Notes under the pieces: generated by a model
The model's input: only the letters and a program-made list of their open reading frames with translations
What the model was told of the DNA's origin: nothing
The model's database searches: none
In this document: positions 9,285 to 17,151 of the stretch, piece by piece
How the letters are laid out: each line of letters begins with the position of its first letter
Numbering within the stretch: position 1 is the first letter of the stretch
IMG/VR virus record: IMGVR_UViG_3300006055_000003
Coordinates: 1 to 28,654 of that record
DNA: 28,654 bases
From: a virus
Taxonomy: Duplodnaviria > Caudoviricetes
Strand: one strand, 5' to 3'
Made by a program: the position numbers and the translations under genes

Positions 9285-10879
9285 TATCCCGTCCTCCGCT
9301 CGCGCCGCCTTGGTGCTGGGCGCGTCTGAGCCGATTGCAAGGGCAGAGAGTAGGGGATTGCGAAGGTCAGAGCAAGGGCGTCGCCAAGGTCAGGACTCTG
9401 CCCTCCCATCCGCATCTTGATCGCCGCTTTCTCCTCGATGATCAGCTCCTGCGACGAATTGTAGCGCGTGGCTCCCGGACCCCACTGAGCGGCGCAGAGG
9501 TCGCTCTGCAGGCTGTCATCGTCCGGTATCTGAACCGGCACGTCGCCATTGAACCACTGGCGCATGAGGTCGTGCATCTCGGCGCGGCGGTTGAAATAAA
9601 TGTCGTCGCCAGTTGGGCCGGTGCTGATCGGGTTGGAGCCGAAGTTGACCGCGTTCACCGGAAAACCACGCTCAAGGAGGATGTCATAGATCGTCGCTTC
9701 GGCTCCAACGTCGATGTTCACCATGTCGGGCTTGATCTTCAGGATGATGGAGGCGAGTTGATCGGCGACGTAGAGGCCAGAGCCGCCAGGGTCCATTCGC
9801 ACACTAATGCGCTCACCAGCACGACGGCCGCAACGGTCAATAATTCCCACCTGATCACCTGATCGGGCCGGATCAATGCCAAGGATGATAGGGCCAGTCC
9901 CGATGACAGGAGCCGAAGGCTTGCGAGCACGTAGGACGGCCGTGGCCGGAATGAATGAATTGCCACTGGATTGAAACGCCTCATCAAAGGTTGCGGGATA
10001 TTCCTGTTGAAACTTCCAGCACGGCATATCCAGGCTCGCGCTGATCGAATTGGCAAGCTCCCGGTTCTTCAGCCATGCCCAATATAGCTGCGGCCATTCG
10101 AGCTTGTGAGCCTGTGCGTAGGCTGTCCATTCCGGGCTTGGGCTGAAAGTGTCGGGACAGTCCTCAACCAAATCCTCGCCCCAGAACCAAGGGACGAAGA
10201 TGGCCTCAAACTCCGATTGCCCACGGATTGCGGCCTGAGCGTAGCGGTAGAAGAGGTTACCGACGCCGTTAGCGGTGGATTCAAGGATGATCTCCGTGCC
10301 CATCGCGTTTCCAACGGCCTGCAGCGCGCCAGTGACGTGATCCTCCGCGTTGGGCCAAAAGCCGACTTCGGAGCCGTGAAAGAGGTGAAAGGTGGCCGAG
10401 CGTCCCGTTTCCTTCGTGCCGGCCGTGCTGACCTGGTAGCCGGAATCGTTGCGCTCAAACAGCAACTCCTTGGCGTTGCCGCGCTTGAGAGCCGGCTTTC
10501 CAGTGGCTTCCGGCTGAAGATCGTAGAACCGTTGGGCCATGCCGAACAGCGTGTCGGTAGCCGGCTGCTCGTGAGTGAGGATGAAGGCGCGCAGGCTGCG
10601 AGCGGTGCGCCAGAGCTTGTGATAATACCGGCCCTGGACGTAGGTTGAGGCCCCGCGCTTGCGTCCCTTGACGATGATCTTGCGAACCCGTCCGGTGCGC
10701 CGTAGCTGGTCCTCCACGGCGTTGTGGATGTGGATTTGGGAGCGGTTGAGCAGCAGCGGGACGATTGCACCGCTGGCGCTGCTGATTCGCAGGGCGTCAC
10801 GGGAAAAGAGGGGGAGATTGTCCCGTAGGCGTCCTAGATATTCCGTCTCTTCAGGAGCGTAGGCGGCTAGGACGCTCAC
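9281..10879 (-). CDS. terL: Terminase large subunit
   Basis: Walker A-like KGRKRGAST, Walker B LFHGSEV, coupling motif ESTANG, RNase H-fold ILGIDPA and SPDLGDALAL. Confidence 0.92.
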   Translation of the reverse strand: MSVLAAYAPEETEYLGRLRDNLPLFSRDALRISSASGAIVPLLLNRSQIHIHNAVEDQLRRTGRVRKIIVKGRKRGASTYVQGRYYHKLWRTARSLRAFILTHEQPATDTLFGMAQRFYDLQPEATGKPALKRGNAKELLFERNDSGYQVSTAGTKETGRSATFHLFHGSEVGFWPNAEDHVTGALQAVGNAMGTEIILESTANGVGNLFYRYAQAAIRGQSEFEAIFVPWFWGEDLVEDCPDTFSPSPEWTAYAQAHKLEWPQLYWAWLKNRELANSISASLDMPCWKFQQEYPATFDEAFQSSGNSFIPATAVLRARKPSAPVIGTGPIILGIDPARSGDQVGIIDRCGRRAGERISVRMDPGGSGLYVADQLASIILKIKPDMVNIDVGAEATIYDILLERGFPVNAVNFGSNPISTGPTGDDIYFNRRAEMHDLMRQWFNGDVPVQIPDDDSLQSDLCAAQWGPGATRYNSSQELIIEEKAAIKMRMGGQSPDLGDALALTFAIPYSLPLQSAQTRPAPRRRERRTGY

Positions 10880-11040
10880 TCCTCGGCAGTCCTCTCAAGC
10901 GGGAGAATCGTCCAGTGGGCGCGAAATGCGCGTTGTACATCACTTTGTTCTGAAACGCGCACTGCCTCAGCCCAAAAGGCGGGATCGGGATCGTCCAAGA
11001 CGGCAACTTCCGTCACGTGTATTTGATTTTCGCTTGCCAT
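10876..11040 (-). CDS. Small hypothetical protein (54 aa)
   Basis: Not in the track. MASENQIHVTEVAVLDD...ERTAEE*; GTGA overlap with the terL start. Confidence 0.5.
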   Translation of the reverse strand: MASENQIHVTEVAVLDDPDPAFWAEAVRVSEQSDVQRAFRAHWTILPLERTAEE

Positions 11041-11041
11041 A

Positions 11042-11359
11042 TTACTTCGCCTTCAGCCTTGATCCGATTGGAGCGCGGTAGGGCTTGAGGCCGGAAGTCC
11101 CGACAATCATTTTGGGCCCCAGCTTTCCACGCTCCCGATCAGCTATGAGGGTGCGCGCTCGGTAGCTCTCAATGGTTTCGGAGCGCGACTCACGCGGGCC
11201 GAGATTGATAGGCTCTGGCGTTTCCTCCGCGTGTTTGGCCAACCGAATTGCAGCGCCGGCAACGAAGTCCTGCCGACTCATCAGGCCGCGAGCTTGGTCA
11301 ACCGTTTCGAGGTCGTCTGGCGTCATTTTGACGAGGAAGGCCACGCGAGGGATTTTCAT
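11042..11359 (-). CDS. Ribbon-helix-helix-like DNA-binding protein
   Basis: RVAFLVKMTPDDLETVDQARGLMSRQDFV fits the beta-alpha-alpha RHH pattern. Confidence 0.5.
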   Translation of the reverse strand: MKIPRVAFLVKMTPDDLETVDQARGLMSRQDFVAGAAIRLAKHAEETPEPINLGPRESRSETIESYRARTLIADRERGKLGPKMIVGTSGLKPYRAPIGSRLKAK

Positions 11360-11670
11360 TCTCGCGCCTGAGCCTGAGCCTTCGGAGGCATGTCCTCTAA
11401 GAAACTTTCCTTTCGGGCGCTCTCCACCGCTCTGAAAAGCGCGCTCGTTCTCTGCGCCTCTATACTATCAACGGCCACGATGGCCGCGCAAAGTATCTGG
11501 CGCTGGATTGGCCCGCAAAGCCATGCCTTTCGCCCTTCGGAGTCCTCAGCCGACGCCAACGCAATAAGGACCTGTTCGGTCCAACGAGCTAAATCATCGT
11601 CAATCTGATTGTCAATTCGCCTTCCGTCCTCGTCGGCCAAGCGATTGTCGCCCTCTAGATAGTTTTCCAT
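11356..11670 (-). CDS. Hypothetical protein
   Basis: ATGA coupling to the downstream gene; preceded by AT-rich repeats. Confidence 0.5.
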   Translation of the reverse strand: MENYLEGDNRLADEDGRRIDNQIDDDLARWTEQVLIALASAEDSEGRKAWLCGPIQRQILCAAIVAVDSIEAQRTSALFRAVESARKESFLEDMPPKAQAQARE

Positions 11671-11710
11671 ATATCTGGATATATACCGTTCCGAGCCGGG
11701 TGTATATATC
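11669..11710. promoter_or_regulatory. AT-rich ATATATC repeats forming inverted repeats (operator-like)
   Basis: ATATATC at 11669-75 and 11704-10, GATATAT at 11678-84; GATATATAC/GTATATATC 9-bp inverted repeat. Confidence 0.45.
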
Positions 11711-11973
11711 TATTCTCCCTTCCGTTTCGCCAGCTCGACGATGGCGTCGTGGACGTTGATGGTGGCGGCGAGGTTGATGTCCTTGGGCATGAGCTTGCCT
11801 ACGAGAGAGAGGAAAGCGGCTGGATTGGCTGTGGCCTGGGTGACGAAATAGTCCTTGCCCCCAATCTCAGAGAGAGCGCCCTCCAGCATTTCCTTCACCG
11901 AAGCGGTGAGTTTGTTGACGGAGCCCTTAGGGCGTCCTTGGCCGGATGTGCTGGTTTTCCCCATGGGACGCAC
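11710..11973 (-). CDS. terS: Terminase small subunit
   Basis: GRPKGSVNKLT...NPAAFLSLVGKLMP motif; upstream of terL. Confidence 0.7.
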   Translation of the reverse strand: MRPMGKTSTSGQGRPKGSVNKLTASVKEMLEGALSEIGGKDYFVTQATANPAAFLSLVGKLMPKDINLAATINVHDAIVELAKRKGE

Positions 11974-11997
11974 AAAATCGCACAGATTGCGCTAACG

Positions 11998-12192
11998 TCA
12001 AGGAGGAGCCTGACGCCAAGCGGTGAGGATGTGGTCATAGAGGCTTCGTTGAATGACCCCGTGCGCCGCATTGATCCTAACGACCGGGTGCGCATTCTCC
12101 AGACCCTCCCTTACCGCTGCGTCAACTTCGGTTTGGCGGAAGGTGAGCACCTCTTTGTCCAAGGCGGCTATCTCATCGGCGTGAAGCGTCAT
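11998..12192 (-). CDS. Small hypothetical protein
   Basis: GGAG RBS; ATGA coupling. Confidence 0.45.
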   Translation of the reverse strand: MTLHADEIAALDKEVLTFRQTEVDAAVREGLENAHPVVRINAAHGVIQRSLYDHILTAWRQAPP

Positions 12193-12314
12193 GTCGCCAT
12201 CTCCCTCAACCGCCTCTCCACGATCCTGCGGAGGTTGGCATTGCGCTCGCGTCGGGCGATCAGATGCTCTGCGAGGTGGTAGGCAATTACGATTAGGATG
12301 ATGGCGGGGATCAT
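12189..12314 (-). CDS. Small membrane-anchored protein (41 aa)
   Basis: Not in the track. MIPAIILIVIAYHLAEH...; ATGA overlaps at both ends. Confidence 0.5.
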   Translation of the reverse strand: MIPAIILIVIAYHLAEHLIARRERNANLRRIVERRLREMAT

Positions 12315-12502
12315 GTTGATTTCCTTGGCTTTATTGGCTGACGGCGGCATGGCGTGAGACCCACAACCAAATCATGAATCCAATCCTGCCGGCTGATCTC
12401 GTAAGGCTCGCCCTTGGCACGATAGAAGTCCACCGCTGCCATCTCATCCAGATCGAACCGTATGGTGCATGATATGCGGGGGGCGGAGCGTTTGGCAGAC
12501 AT
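12311..12502 (-). CDS. Ribbon-helix-helix-like protein (63 aa)
   Basis: PRISCTIRFDLDEMAAVD...ISRQDWI; start at the TAATG overlap at 12502. Confidence 0.5.
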   Translation of the reverse strand: MSAKRSAPRISCTIRFDLDEMAAVDFYRAKGEPYEISRQDWIHDLVVGLTPCRRQPIKPRKST

Positions 12503-12648
12503 TAACGAACGCCGTAGTAGGCGGCTTGGAGAAAGCGGCACGAGCGCGCGTTGGGGTTGGCCGTCTGATAGAGGCCGCCAGCATCGCGGAGGTCGTAGTT
12601 GTAGCCAGTGCCCCATCGTGTGATCCGAATCCAAAATGGCTTGTTCAT
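12502..12648 (-). CDS. Small hypothetical protein (48 aa)
   Basis: Not in the track. MNKPFWIRITRWGTG...; GGGAG RBS. Confidence 0.55.
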   Translation of the reverse strand: MNKPFWIRITRWGTGYNYDLRDAGGLYQTANPNARSCRFLQAAYYGVR

Positions 12649-12665
12649 GTCTCTCTCCCTGTCGA

Positions 12666-12701
12666 TTGACACTATGAAACATAGTCCTGTATCTCAGTCA
12701 A
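12666..12701. promoter_or_regulatory. Promoter/operator region with palindrome ACTATG-N3-CATAGT
   Basis: Palindrome at 12671-12685 lies between opposed TTGAC boxes (12666 plus, 12701 minus). Confidence 0.45.
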
Positions 12702-12733
12702 GGGGTTTGTTTTAGATGGGGTGGGGAGGGTGG

Positions 12734-13048
12734 TTACGACCAATCTTGCGGAAGGTCTCGCGCGCTCGGGCGACCGAAGCTGTCGGCCTTTTTGTCCGTC
12801 CCATTGAAGGGTTCGGGCTTGACGAGCGTTATGCCGAGTTCCTTCAGGGTCTTTCGGGCGTTGAAGTCGCCGTCGAGAGCATACCACGCCGTCACCGTCC
12901 TTGGCTCCAGATAGTTTCCAGACAGCTTCGCCCCCCATAGGTAGCTGTCGGCGAACGTCTCGCGAACCGCACTCGCCATGGCTTTCCATAGCACTTCGGG
13001 AACGGTGATTGGGAAGGCGGGCGCGGCGAGTTGGGGGGTGTCGGTCAT
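12734..13048 (-). CDS. Replication-associated protein, possibly DnaA N-terminal-domain-like
   Basis: LW..M...V.E.F.DSYL..A.L pattern; coupled to the initiator gene. Confidence 0.4.
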   Translation of the reverse strand: MTDTPQLAAPAFPITVPEVLWKAMASAVRETFADSYLWGAKLSGNYLEPRTVTAWYALDGDFNARKTLKELGITLVKPEPFNGTDKKADSFGRPSARDLPQDWS

Positions 13049-13554
13049 GCGAGGGCTTTCTGGTTGGCTTGGTTTAGAGGGTCGGCGGCGATGGCCGCCT
13101 TGATCTCTTCAAGCGTAAGCGCGCCGAGACCTTGGATCGAGCGCGCTTGCTTAGGTTCTCTTAATGGTTCTCTTAAAGGTTCCCCGGAACGTGGTTCCGG
13201 TATGTCGGTCGTCAGCTTCCGGTATGAACGCCGTGATTTTCCGCTACCCCCGGAACGTGGTTCCTCTATGGTGGCGGAAGCTAGTTCCGGTATGAAGGTC
13301 AGAACAATCCGGTCGCTAGTCCGCCCCGTTCCGTGGTATCTAGCCTGTCTGGTGAGGAGACCCTTTCGGGTTAGGCTGAGGAGAGCGCCCCGCACACACC
13401 GATCTGTCAGGGCGGTTCCCTTGGCGATGGTGTCCTGCGACGGGAAGCAGCACCCGTGCTGGTCGCAATAATTGGCGAGGACGAAAAGGACTAGCTTCTC
13501 GGTGGAGGAAACGTCCTCCAAGGCGATCACCGCACCGACAGCCAGCCCACTCAT
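13045..13554 (-). CDS. HTH_36 winged-helix replication initiator
   Basis: EKLVLFVLANYCD..G.CFPSQDTIAKGT.LT.R.VRGAL..L..KGLL; EPLREPLREP tail; internal repeats. Confidence 0.75.
   Translation of the reverse strand: MSGLAVGAVIALEDVSSTEKLVLFVLANYCDQHGCCFPSQDTIAKGTALTDRCVRGALLSLTRKGLLTRQARYHGTGRTSDRIVLTFIPELASATIEEPRSGGSGKSRRSYRKLTTDIPEPRSGEPLREPLREPKQARSIQGLGALTLEEIKAAIAADPLNQANQKALA
13151..13294. repeat. Iteron-like repeats and AT-rich tract (candidate origin)
   Basis: CCCCGGAACGTGGTTCC at 13182 and 13248; TTCCGGTATG at 13195, 13217 and 13285; GGTTCTCTTAA repeats at 13151-13180. Confidence 0.6.
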
Positions 13555-13829
13555 TCGGCTATCCGGCAAGCGTAAAGGACGAGCGTCCGGTGTCGGCCAA
13601 ACCATTTGCCGATCAACGCATGAGAGGCCGGTTCACCCCTTATTTTGATGCGGGAACGGGTTAGGCGTATGGCGTGATACCTGGCCGCTGTGACCTCTGG
13701 CGCGGTCTGCCGGCTAAGAATTTGCTCTGGCAAAACGTTGAAGCGCCGGGAAGCCACGTCGATGATATCGGCGACGGATGGTGGCATGGCACGGTTGCAA
13801 CCGAATAGCCGCTTCGGTATTGTGGTCAT
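13551..13829 (-). CDS. DnaA C-terminal (domain IV)-like HTH protein
   Basis: IIDVASRRFNV.PEQILS......VTAAR..AI.L...S...IGK.FGR.RT.VLYA matches the Bac_DnaA_C pattern. Confidence 0.75.
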   Translation of the reverse strand: MTTIPKRLFGCNRAMPPSVADIIDVASRRFNVLPEQILSRQTAPEVTAARYHAIRLTRSRIKIRGEPASHALIGKWFGRHRTLVLYACRIAE

Positions 13830-13920
13830 TGATCGAAGGCTCCGAAACAGCCGATGTGGTCACGGTGGCTCTGCCGGTCGCACGGCATCCACCACCCCAC
13901 TCTTCTACCTCGCCAAGCCC

Positions 13921-14427
13921 CTAGTCAACCATCCCGTTAACGGACAATCTCACGCCTTCAACCGGCCGGCGAACGCGAGGCTGTATCGGTGACCGCCCCT
14001 GGACGTTATGCGCCTCACACCATGACCCTCGCGTAACCGGAGCGCAGCACATCAGGTGAGCATCCGAATCGTCCACGATCCATGAGCACTCGTTCCAACG
14101 GCGATCAAGCAACGGCTTCGACTCGACCTGGGGGACGTGGACCTGTTCAACCGGGGGCTTGGGTGGCTTGACGTGACCCGCCTTCGTAAGCTTGATCTTG
14201 GGGCATCTCAGTTTCGGCACTCTGTGAGTGCGAGCCTGTTGCGGAGGCATTTTGATCCCAAGGCGTGACAGACGGCCTATAACACCGTTGCGGGTTGTGC
14301 CTCCCATGATCGTGGCGATCTGGGATGAGCTGTGACCAGCGGCGCGGAGGCTCTGAGCCTGTTGGTCGCGTTCCGTGGTCCAAAGTGTGCCACGGAGGTG
14401 CGAGCGCGTTGTAGGTGTTCCAGTCAT
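13921..14427 (-). CDS. gcrA: GcrA-like transcriptional regulator
   Basis: WT.ER....L...G.S.SQIA..MGG.TRN.VIG...RLG N-terminus; C.W.V.D....C......SWC..H C-terminus. Confidence 0.85.
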   Translation of the reverse strand: MTGTPTTRSHLRGTLWTTERDQQAQSLRAAGHSSSQIATIMGGTTRNGVIGRLSRLGIKMPPQQARTHRVPKLRCPKIKLTKAGHVKPPKPPVEQVHVPQVESKPLLDRRWNECSWIVDDSDAHLMCCAPVTRGSWCEAHNVQGRSPIQPRVRRPVEGVRLSVNGMVD

Positions 14428-14993
14428 GCGGCAAACAGGCTCCCGTCACGGCTTCCGGTCTGGTTTCCCCATGCCGTCCAGCCAGGCCACGACGTGCGGG
14501 CGAAGAGTTCGAGATACGGACCGCCGACCAGCGCCTCGATGCGCTCGTACTGGCGTTCAGGCTTGGCGCTGTGGGCTCCGCGCGGGCAGTGGATGATTTG
14601 CTCCACGCCCTTGCTCAAACGCTTGGGCGAGCCTCTGGTGAACAGCCAGCATTGTTCGGTCTGTTTGCGTGTCCAGTAGCCCATGCCGGGAACGGGGTCG
14701 TAGTGTTCGCGCGCCTTGGACCAGATGAAGGCTATGGTCTTGAACTCAAATCCCCACGCTTTGCCAAGCGCCAACGCCTCCTCTACGTGGGAGTCCATCA
14801 GCCACATGAATAGCGCGCAATCCTTTGCGGCTGAATCGGCGACGGGAATGGTGGCAAGGTCGACCGTGTCCGTGGTAACGTAGTGGGCTGATTTGGCGCT
14901 AGTGGCTAACTGACGGTCCCCGCCCCAAGCCCGGAACGCCCACGGCGGATCGGCCAAGATGCACCCAAACGGACCAGCGGGAAGCGGGGTCAC
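14424..14993 (-). CDS. MT-A70 family adenine methyltransferase
   Basis: ILADPPW, LFMW, WGF.FKT..F.W.K, G.GYWTR...E, HS.KP and LELFAR....GW..WGNQ motifs. Confidence 0.92.
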   Translation of the reverse strand: MTPLPAGPFGCILADPPWAFRAWGGDRQLATSAKSAHYVTTDTVDLATIPVADSAAKDCALFMWLMDSHVEEALALGKAWGFEFKTIAFIWSKAREHYDPVPGMGYWTRKQTEQCWLFTRGSPKRLSKGVEQIIHCPRGAHSAKPERQYERIEALVGGPYLELFARTSWPGWTAWGNQTGSRDGSLFAA

Positions 14994-15145
14994 AGCTTGG
15001 AAGCCTCTGATTGCCGACCAGCGACTTGCGGAATATCAAACCCTTGTGCCCGTAGAAGCTCACGCCACCTAGCGCGTTCTTCCCGATAAGCTTCCTGTTT
15101 AGCTGTTGCGGCCATGGTGAAGTGGAGGGGGACGGGTTGGGTCAT
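14990..15145 (-). CDS. Small hypothetical protein
   Basis: ATGA overlap with the VRR-NUC stop; start moved to 15145. Confidence 0.45.
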   Translation of the reverse strand: MTQPVPLHFTMAATAKQEAYREERARWRELLRAQGFDIPQVAGRQSEASKL

Positions 15146-15531
15146 GCTGCTTCGTTCCCAAAGACGCGCGACGGATGAACCTTTGTCGAGACGCCCCATC
15201 GTTCAAGGGTGGAGAGCAATTCGTCAAGGGAACGGATGATTTCAAAAAAGCCGTTTTGATTCGTGACGCGCCTGCTAAACTCTACCTGTGCGGCAGTCGC
15301 TTGACCCTTTCCGGCCTTCAACTCGATAGCTGCAAAGCGTCCATCGGGGAGGCAGAAAATCAGGTCACTTACGCCCGGCAAGACGCCCATGGCCTTGAAG
15401 AGATGGCCAGCGCGTTCCGAGCGCCAGCCGCCGTTAGCGGGGTGAAAGACGATCAGGTCCGGCGCGAGCCTTCGCAGAGCGTCGATGCACTCGATATGCA
15501 GTTTCTGCTCGGGATAGGTTCGCTTGGTCAC
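15142..15531 (-). CDS. VRR-NUC (PD-(D/E)xK) nuclease
   Basis: FHPANGG.R....G..FK.MGV..GVSDL...IELK..KG.....Q. Confidence 0.88.
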   Translation of the reverse strand: MTKRTYPEQKLHIECIDALRRLAPDLIVFHPANGGWRSERAGHLFKAMGVLPGVSDLIFCLPDGRFAAIELKAGKGQATAAQVEFSRRVTNQNGFFEIIRSLDELLSTLERWGVSTKVHPSRVFGNEAA

Positions 15532-15707
15532 TTCACCGCCGCCTTGAGAGACGCATGAACGTAATCCTGCTTCGCCGCCAACAGGTCCCTCACCGGTAGA
15601 TGTTTTGCCCGAGCATTTGCAATGGCGGCGTCTAGGTAGGCGAGGTGGGAGTCGGGTCGCGGGCCTAAACGCAAAAGGCCACGGAAGAAGTCGAGAAAGG
15701 CGGTCAT
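15528..15707 (-). CDS. Small hypothetical protein
   Basis: ATGA overlap with the Cro-like stop; start moved to 15707. Confidence 0.5.
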   Translation of the reverse strand: MTAFLDFFRGLLRLGPRPDSHLAYLDAAIANARAKHLPVRDLLAAKQDYVHASLKAAVK

Positions 15708-15892
15708 GCGGCGCGCTCGTATGTCGTGATGCGTTGAAGGCCGAGCGGGCGTAGGATAGAGCATCCAGGGTCGCGCCGGCCGTTCAGAACGTCGCTGACA
15801 TAACCAGGCGCGATGCCGTGTTCCTTAGCCCATGCAGCTTGGTTTCCGTTGGCGCGTTTTCGCAGCAGCTCGCGGACTTGATCAGCGGTCAT
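15704..15892 (-). CDS. Cro-like XRE HTH regulator (probably leaderless)
   Basis: NQAAWAKEHGIAPGYVSDVLNGRRDP; first gene of the leftward operon. Confidence 0.8.
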   Translation of the reverse strand: MTADQVRELLRKRANGNQAAWAKEHGIAPGYVSDVLNGRRDPGCSILRPLGLQRITTYERAA

Positions 15893-15898
15893 GGGCAG

Positions 15899-15926
15899 AC
15901 GATAGCGCAAAAAAATCGTTCGTCAA
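15899..15926 (-). promoter_or_regulatory. Leftward sigma70-type promoter
   Basis: TTGACG-N16-TATCGT, followed by 6 nt and then the ATG. Confidence 0.65.
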
Positions 15927-15940
15927 TGTGAAAATATGCG

Positions 15941-15968
15941 TTGACACGTTCGCGGCGATGCGTATTGT
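15941..15968 (+). promoter_or_regulatory. Rightward sigma70-type early promoter
   Basis: TTGACA-N16-TATTGT upstream of 15996. Confidence 0.65.
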
Positions 15969-15995
15969 CGGCCTCACACCAAGTGAGAGCCCGCC

Positions 15996-16226
15996 ATGCA
16001 AACCGCCGAACTCAACGCCCACGTTCATCCGATCTTCCGCCCACTTGTGACGCCGGAGGTTCTCGCGGCGGAATATACCAACGGCTCCAAGACGGTTCCG
16101 GCCACCCTGACCATCAACCGGATCGCGAACGGTCGCCGCACCTTCCAATCCGAGCACCGCGTTTCCGGCAAGCGCGAGGCCCGCATGATCGCTGGCCTGA
16201 TGAACGCCAAGCCGTGGAACTTCTAG
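15996..16226 (+). CDS. Early hypothetical protein
   Basis: First gene after the promoter; V.GKREAR..A....AKPWNF C-terminus. Confidence 0.65.
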   Translation: MQTAELNAHVHPIFRPLVTPEVLAAEYTNGSKTVPATLTINRIANGRRTFQSEHRVSGKREARMIAGLMNAKPWNF

Positions 16227-16228
16227 CC

Positions 16229-16435
16229 ATGGACCTCCACTCTCAACACCACTTCACCACGATCAAGACGGACGCTGGCGAGGGCCTAACGGTTTTCGCC
16301 GATCGTCCGTCCGACCCGCCGACATGCACTCTGCACCCGTTCAGCCACCACGATATCGTGCTCGACGAAGCGCAAGTCCGCCAGCTTCGGAACGGGCTCA
16401 GAGACTGGCTCGAAACATACGCCGAAGCCGCCTGA
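16229..16435 (+). CDS. Early hypothetical protein
   Basis: Start moved to the ATG at 16229. Confidence 0.55.
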   Translation: MDLHSQHHFTTIKTDAGEGLTVFADRPSDPPTCTLHPFSHHDIVLDEAQVRQLRNGLRDWLETYAEAA

Positions 16436-16462
16436 ACTCCCACCCCCTCAAGGAAGCCCGAA

Positions 16463-16840
16463 ATGGCATACGACACAACTGATCTGGCAGTCGATACGCA
16501 AGCCAAGGTGAACTTGATCCGGCTGCGGGACTTTCTGGCGACACTTGCCCCCGAACGGTTCAACATAACCCGGCTATACTATCCCAGCTCCGACGTTTTT
16601 GAGGAAACGAAGTGCGGAACGGCGGCTTGTATTGCTGGATGGGCTTGCACCATTCTTGGCGAGCCCCACGGCGCTCGATTTGAGGCTCAACGCGTCCTTG
16701 GGCTTAACGACGAGCAAGGCATAGCACTATTCTGCCCATACCACTACCAAGAAGAGCCGCATAAATACACCCTCCCGCGCGCCGTTGCCGTCCTAGATCA
16801 CCTAATCGCCACTGGCGAAGTCGATTGGTCGGTGGCGTGA
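16463..16840 (+). CDS. Early hypothetical protein (CGTAACIAGWA motif)
   Basis: AAGGA RBS; Cys-containing motif. Confidence 0.65.
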   Translation: MAYDTTDLAVDTQAKVNLIRLRDFLATLAPERFNITRLYYPSSDVFEETKCGTAACIAGWACTILGEPHGARFEAQRVLGLNDEQGIALFCPYHYQEEPHKYTLPRAVAVLDHLIATGEVDWSVA

Positions 16841-17151
16841 TGCCCAACCCCTTCGATGACTTCGCCGACTTGGGCGGTGTGGAATACATCGAGCCCTACA
16901 GCACTCACGGCGAGACGATCCTTCACGGCCTGCATCGCTTCCATGCGTGGCCAAAGGTCGTGTTCATCGGCCTCGAAGCCGTCCAGCCCGACGCCTACCA
17001 GCGGGCTTACGAAGCCGAGCAGGACGCCTTTACCCGTAGAGCCCTAGCGCCCCTGTGTGAGGCCCTGACGGCTGTTGGAAGGGCGTTGCTGGACCCTCGG
17101 GCTCGCCAAGCCCTCGCGCATGAGCAGATAGCTCGGGTGTGTGCGAGATGA
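16840..17151 (+). CDS. Early hypothetical protein
   Basis: TGATG coupling. Confidence 0.55.
   Translation: MPNPFDDFADLGGVEYIEPYSTHGETILHGLHRFHAWPKVVFIGLEAVQPDAYQRAYEAEQDAFTRRALAPLCEALTAVGRALLDPRARQALAHEQIARVCAR

Noticed and set aside
2389-10800. Long alternative-frame or antisense ORFs (e.g. 2993..3688, 5252..5824, 10069..10800)
   Set aside because: They fully overlap well-supported genes, have no motifs, and are expected in GC-rich DNA.
10876-11040. Resemblance of IHVTEVAV...FW to the TerL Walker B region
   Set aside because: Too short and degenerate to support homology by eye.
13161-13176. Possible CtrA box
   Set aside because: Spacing is TTAA-N8-TTAA, not N7, and is explained by the EPLR coding repeats.
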